A DNA stretch of 20,000 nt, taken from sequence record SRR20825019_212; one strand, given 5' to 3'. Position numbers and translations under genes: made by a program. This document shows, in pieces, positions 16,330-20,000 of the stretch; within the stretch, counting starts at the first letter, position 1, and the number at the start of each line of letters is the position of its first letter. The notes under the pieces are model-generated. The model worked only from the letters and a program-made list of their open reading frames with translations, was not told the origin of the DNA and did not search any database.

Positions 16330-18798
16330 CTAAAATGTATATGAGACTGTTGCCATAATATTTCGGGGTCTCCCAGGGAAGGCTCTCAAGAAATCATATC
16401 CTCCTACCCAATGCGTCTTGTCGAACACATTATTAAAGTTCAATTGTATCTGAAATTTATCAACCTGATAGTAAACCGCTGTATTGACCAATCCATAGCT
16501 TGGAAAAATAGGAATCAATTCCGGGTCTCTTACAATGGAACCGTTTCGTTCCCCTACGTAATCGTAACCAAGTCCAAAGCCCAAACCATTAAAATCGCCT
16601 CTATCAATGATATATTTTGTCCAAAAATTGAAGGTATTTCTGGGTGCATTTGGTTTTTGATTGCCAAAAATAGCGATTGTGGATTCATCCGCTTCGGTAA
16701 AATATGCATGATTGTAGGCGTAGTTCATAATAACACTCCAATTGGGCATAATCTGTCCATAAACATCAACCTCCACACCTTCCGATTTTTCTTCCCCAAC
16801 CTGTTGTAATAAATCGGAGTTGCTGGAATCATTGGCGTTGTACAAAGCTCCTTTTTGGTTTAGGCTGTAAACTGCCAAAGTAGCACTCAGCCTTTTGTTG
16901 AACCACTCGGATTTTACTCCTGCTTCGAACAATTCACTGGTCAAAGGATCAAAAGGTCCCCCAGCTTCGGGATTATTTATTTCGGTCGCTGTTTGGGGTT
17001 GATATCCCTTAACCCAAGTACCGTAAAAGTTTATGTTGGGCGTAGCCTTATAGACCATACCTATTCTTGGTAAAAAAGCGTCCTGTCTTACTTTTTCTTC
17101 CGCATCGGTATTGTAATTTAAGTAATCGGTAAAATCATCGTACCGAAGGCCTACCAAAAGATTGAACTTTTTGTAGGTGAACTGGTTTTGTAGATAAATA
17201 CCGTTACCGGTTTGTTTGTATCTATCGTAGTTTCTAACAGAATAAACGTAATTGCTCATGTCCCGCATGGCATTCCCGTTCGTAGAGGTCAAATCAAAAG
17301 GAGCTACATTGGCAACAGGGTTTCCATCCTCGTCAAGCACATAATTATCAATATTGGCGACATTGAAGGAATTGGTTGCGGTTCCATTTTGTAGAAGATA
17401 GGCGTTTGCTTCCAATTGCGAACCTCCAGGTTCAAGCTCTTGCTGAAAATAATCGTAACCCACCAAAAGCTTATTCTTTATGTCACCAAGGTCATAATCA
17501 AAATTGAGGTAGTTCGTAAAGTTCTGATTGTTCCAAGATCGCTTACGAACAAACACCCTCATGGCCACCTGGGTAATATCAAAAGAACCATCACCTAACG
17601 CTAAAAAGTTATTGGCGGTCCTATGCTCCAATAAGTCTTCATCATAGGAGGAATTCAGATAGGTACTGTTAAAACTTATGTTTTCATTGAACTTATGCTG
17701 GAACGATAACGTAACATTTAAGTTTTGTTCGTTCAAATAGTCATTTTCTGCACTTAAAGATGTTGTTATTGGTGTTGAGTAAAGATCCCCGTCCCCAAAA
17801 ACTGCCTGTCCACGATCCAAGCGCCCTTTGTTGTCCTGATAGACCACATCGAAGTTCAAACGAGTCTTTTCGTTTGGAATAAAGGAAAATGAGGGAGCAA
17901 CAACAATATTTTTGTTGAATTGCAAATCCCTAAAACCATCCGTGTTTTGATACCCGATATTTAAACGGTACAATAGTTTGTTGTCTTTGGTCATCGGTCC
18001 TGTAAAGTCGGACAATAATCTAAAAGTGTTGAAGCTGCCCATACTGGCACTGATGGATTGTTTGGTGGTTTCCAAAGGTTTTTTGGTAACTGTATTTATG
18101 GTTCCCCCGGGTGACGCATTTCCAAACAAAGCAGATGCTGGGCCTTTGATAACTTCAACTCGTTCAACATGCGGAATAATCTGTTGGCTCCAGAAACTGG
18201 TCATCATTCGGGAACCATTTAAAAGTATGCTACTATTACGTTGTCCTTGAACACGAAATCCTCTCATGGTCAAATCATTATAAAATGAAAACTGGTTAAC
18301 ACCACTAACATTCTTAACTACATCATTGACCGTAAACGCTGCTTGGTCCAAAATGACTTCTTTTGTCACATAACTCACTGCCTGTGGCACATCAACCAGT
18401 TTGGTGGCTGATTTTGTAGCAACAAAAGATGTTGTGTTTTTGTAATTTCTTTCCTTTCTACCGATTATCTCAACTCCTTGCAATTGTGTAGTTGATTCGC
18501 TCAAGGTAAAATTCAACTCTAAGACGGTTCCTTCCCTTAAGGTGATTGGGTTTTCAATAGTTTCATAGCCAATATAGGAAGCTTGTGCAATATAGTTGCC
18601 CGGTGCAATACCCTCTATTCTATAAACACCATTATCGTCCGTAATTGTACCAATATTAGAGTTTAATATAATTACATTGGAATTTGCAATTGGCACTCCT
18701 GCATCGGAGATAACTTTTCCTTGAACGGAAGAATTTTGGCCAAAAGTTATGCTGAACGCTCCCAACAAAAAGAAATATAACAAGTAAATTTTATTCAT
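16330..18798 (-). CDS. TonB-dependent siderophore-type receptor with N-terminal carboxypeptidase-regulatory-like domain
   Basis: Signal peptide; GTITDDNGVYRI...SYIGYE N-domain; plug motifs DVPQAVSYV and ERVEVIKGPASALFG...PGGTINTVTKKP; C-terminal NNVFDK...GRPRNIMATVSYTF ending in Phe. Confidence 0.95.
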   Translation of the reverse strand: MNKIYLLYFFLLGAFSITFGQNSSVQGKVISDAGVPIANSNVIILNSNIGTITDDNGVYRIEGIAPGNYIAQASYIGYETIENPITLREGTVLELNFTLSESTTQLQGVEIIGRKERNYKNTTSFVATKSATKLVDVPQAVSYVTKEVILDQAAFTVNDVVKNVSGVNQFSFYNDLTMRGFRVQGQRNSSILLNGSRMMTSFWSQQIIPHVERVEVIKGPASALFGNASPGGTINTVTKKPLETTKQSISASMGSFNTFRLLSDFTGPMTKDNKLLYRLNIGYQNTDGFRDLQFNKNIVVAPSFSFIPNEKTRLNFDVVYQDNKGRLDRGQAVFGDGDLYSTPITTSLSAENDYLNEQNLNVTLSFQHKFNENISFNSTYLNSSYDEDLLEHRTANNFLALGDGSFDITQVAMRVFVRKRSWNNQNFTNYLNFDYDLGDIKNKLLVGYDYFQQELEPGGSQLEANAYLLQNGTATNSFNVANIDNYVLDEDGNPVANVAPFDLTSTNGNAMRDMSNYVYSVRNYDRYKQTGNGIYLQNQFTYKKFNLLVGLRYDDFTDYLNYNTDAEEKVRQDAFLPRIGMVYKATPNINFYGTWVKGYQPQTATEINNPEAGGPFDPLTSELFEAGVKSEWFNKRLSATLAVYSLNQKGALYNANDSSNSDLLQQVGEEKSEGVEVDVYGQIMPNWSVIMNYAYNHAYFTEADESTIAIFGNQKPNAPRNTFNFWTKYIIDRGDFNGLGFGLGYDYVGERNGSIVRDPELIPIFPSYGLVNTAVYYQVDKFQIQLNFNNVFDKTHWVGGYDFLRAFPGRPRNIMATVSYTF

Positions 18799-18805
18799 TT
18801 TGAAT

Positions 18806-18828
18806 TTATTTATATCTATTCTAAATAA
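18806..18828. promoter_or_regulatory. 23-bp palindromic operator TTATTTA-N9-TAAATAA (putative Fur/metal-repressor box), copy 1
   Basis: Perfect 7-9-7 arms between the promoter and the start codon of the TonB-dependent receptor. Confidence 0.7.
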
Positions 18829-18835
18829 TTGGCTG

Positions 18836-18867
18836 CGAATTTAAAGCGAACCATTTTTTGTCGCAAA
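18836..18867 (-). promoter_or_regulatory. Bacteroidota housekeeping promoter of the TonB receptor: -33 TTTG (18867-18864), 20-nt spacer, -7 TAAATTCG (18843-18836)
   Basis: Matches TTTG-N19-21-TAnnTTTG with one mismatch. Confidence 0.75.
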
Positions 18868-18869
18868 TT

Positions 18870-18892
18870 TTAATTAGATTAATTTTAAATAA
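18870..18892. promoter_or_regulatory. Second copy of the 23-bp operator (TTAATTA-N9-TAAATAA)
   Basis: One arm mismatch relative to copy 1; lies 2 nt from the -33 element. Confidence 0.6.
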
Positions 18893-19137
18893 ATCTTAAA
18901 ATAATGATTTAAACAACTGATTACAAAACCTTTAAAAACGTTAAATTTCAGAGTGTATTGGAGCTGTAAATGGGCATTTTCACTGGTCGAGGTAGCCTTG
19001 TTGGCTACAGAAGTAACCAAATCAGGATACTAGGAACCCATTTTTAATCATTATAAATTCGCCATTGGAACTTGTTCCTGATCAGACCATCAAACTGATG
19101 AATGATGCAATTTCTTTTTCTTGGGAATAGACAGAAA

Positions 19138-20000
19138 TCAATGACTTCCTATAGGTATGGTTATTTTAACAGTAGTGCCTTTGTTCTCTTCCGATTGAAT
19201 TGTTAACATCCCTTTGATACTGTCCACCATTTCAATGACAAGTTGAAGTCCCAGGCCATATCCTTTTTCATCATTGGTGCCACGCTCACTCAAAACACCT
19301 GTCTTCCTTAAATTTTGCAGTTTTTCTTTTGGGATACCCTTACCATTATCCTTCACTTCTATCAGCAGGGATACGTTATCTTTTGCAGCGATTATATCAA
19401 GGTTTACAGCTATTCTTCCTTCTGGTTCCGTAAACTTGATGGCATTGGCGATAATGTTCCCTGCAATGGGAAGAAGTTTTTTTCTTGGAAAACTGTAGTG
19501 GTTTTTTTCTTTGTTGAAGACCACTGCAAAATCAATCTTTTTGTTCAAGGCCGGTAAGGCATAAAGGTCTTCCAAATGTTTTTTGAATTCTGAAAGAGTG
19601 AAATAATTTTCTTTAAGTTGCTCTTTTTGTCTTTCCAGAATATCATCGGTCAAGTCGAGTAGCTTGGCAGCAGAGCTTTTTATCATTTCTAAGTACAAAT
19701 CGTACTCACTCTGTTCTAGCGTTTCATTTTCGGCACTTAATGCAAGCCCAAGGATACCTCCAATCGGGCCTCTAACATCGTGCGCTATTTGATTACGTTG
19801 GACAATAGCCCTGTCCAACTGATCTTGCAATACGTCCAATTTCATTTTGTTCTCAAGCTTCTTTACGATTTCGTCCGCAACAAGCCGCAGGAGTTTTTTC
19901 TTTTCTTCCGATATGTTCTTTTCCTGATAGTCGATTACACAAAGAGCTCCAATGCTTTCCCCCGTTTCCACCATGAGTGGGAAACCCAGATAATATTTGA
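19138..20000 (-). CDS. GAF-domain sensor histidine kinase (5'-truncated by the window edge)
   Basis: The frame stays open past the ORF-track start to the edge (KYYLGFPLMVETGESIGALCVID, a typical GAF end); H-box IAHDVRGPIGG; NIIANAIKFT, KDNGKG, GYGLGL. Confidence 0.9.
   Translation of the reverse strand, partial: KYYLGFPLMVETGESIGALCVIDYQEKNISEEKKKLLRLVADEIVKKLENKMKLDVLQDQLDRAIVQRNQIAHDVRGPIGGILGLALSAENETLEQSEYDLYLEMIKSSAAKLLDLTDDILERQKEQLKENYFTLSEFKKHLEDLYALPALNKKIDFAVVFNKEKNHYSFPRKKLLPIAGNIIANAIKFTEPEGRIAVNLDIIAAKDNVSLLIEVKDNGKGIPKEKLQNLRKTGVLSERGTNDEKGYGLGLQLVIEMVDSIKGMLTIQSEENKGTTVKITIPIGSH

Noticed and set aside
18950-19137. Possible sRNA, riboswitch or small ORF (hairpin GTAGCC-TTGTT-GGCTAC at 18992-19008)
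   Set aside because: Single 6-bp hairpin, no recognisable riboswitch consensus, and only very short ORFs on the minus strand.
1-20000. CRISPR arrays, IS elements, tRNA/rRNA, frameshifted pseudogenes
   Set aside because: No regularly spaced repeats, transposase motifs, RNA-gene signatures or broken reading frames were seen.

Overview
AT-rich bacterial DNA whose gene content and TAnnTTTG-type promoters point to Bacteroidota, probably Flavobacteriaceae (inferred). Bases 1-14909 hold a divergently arranged assimilatory nitrate/nitrite reduction cluster. The minus-strand arm is cobA/sirA, a narK-type MFS transporter, an AlgE-like outer-membrane beta-barrel, a NarL/LuxR-family response regulator, a Mo-bisPGD nitrate reductase fused to a FAD/NAD(P)H reductase and a [2Fe-2S] domain, and a truncated ORF missed by the ORF track (1..853). 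The plus-strand arm is nirB, nirD, a DUF4202-like gene, a NarX-like nitrate-sensing histidine kinase and a small hypothetical gene. Bases 15026-18900 hold an iron-uptake pair (TonB-dependent receptor plus PepSY-TM protein) with a clear -33/-7 promoter flanked by two 23-bp palindromes. A partial GAF histidine kinase ends the window. Three observations stand out. (1) A TACGTAT-N2-ATACGTA 7-2-7 box or its half-site recurs at every promoter of the nitrate cluster, and in four cases its last TA is the TA of the -7 element, suggesting a NarX/NarL-like regulon controlling nitrate assimilation. (2) The 1..853 protein looks like a siroheme nitrite/sulfite-reductase fold that has lost its Cys ligands. 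(3) The cluster has a self-contained diaphorase-fused nitrate reductase, a candidate nitrate porin and two uncharacterised genes. No database searches were run; family assignments come from motif recognition.
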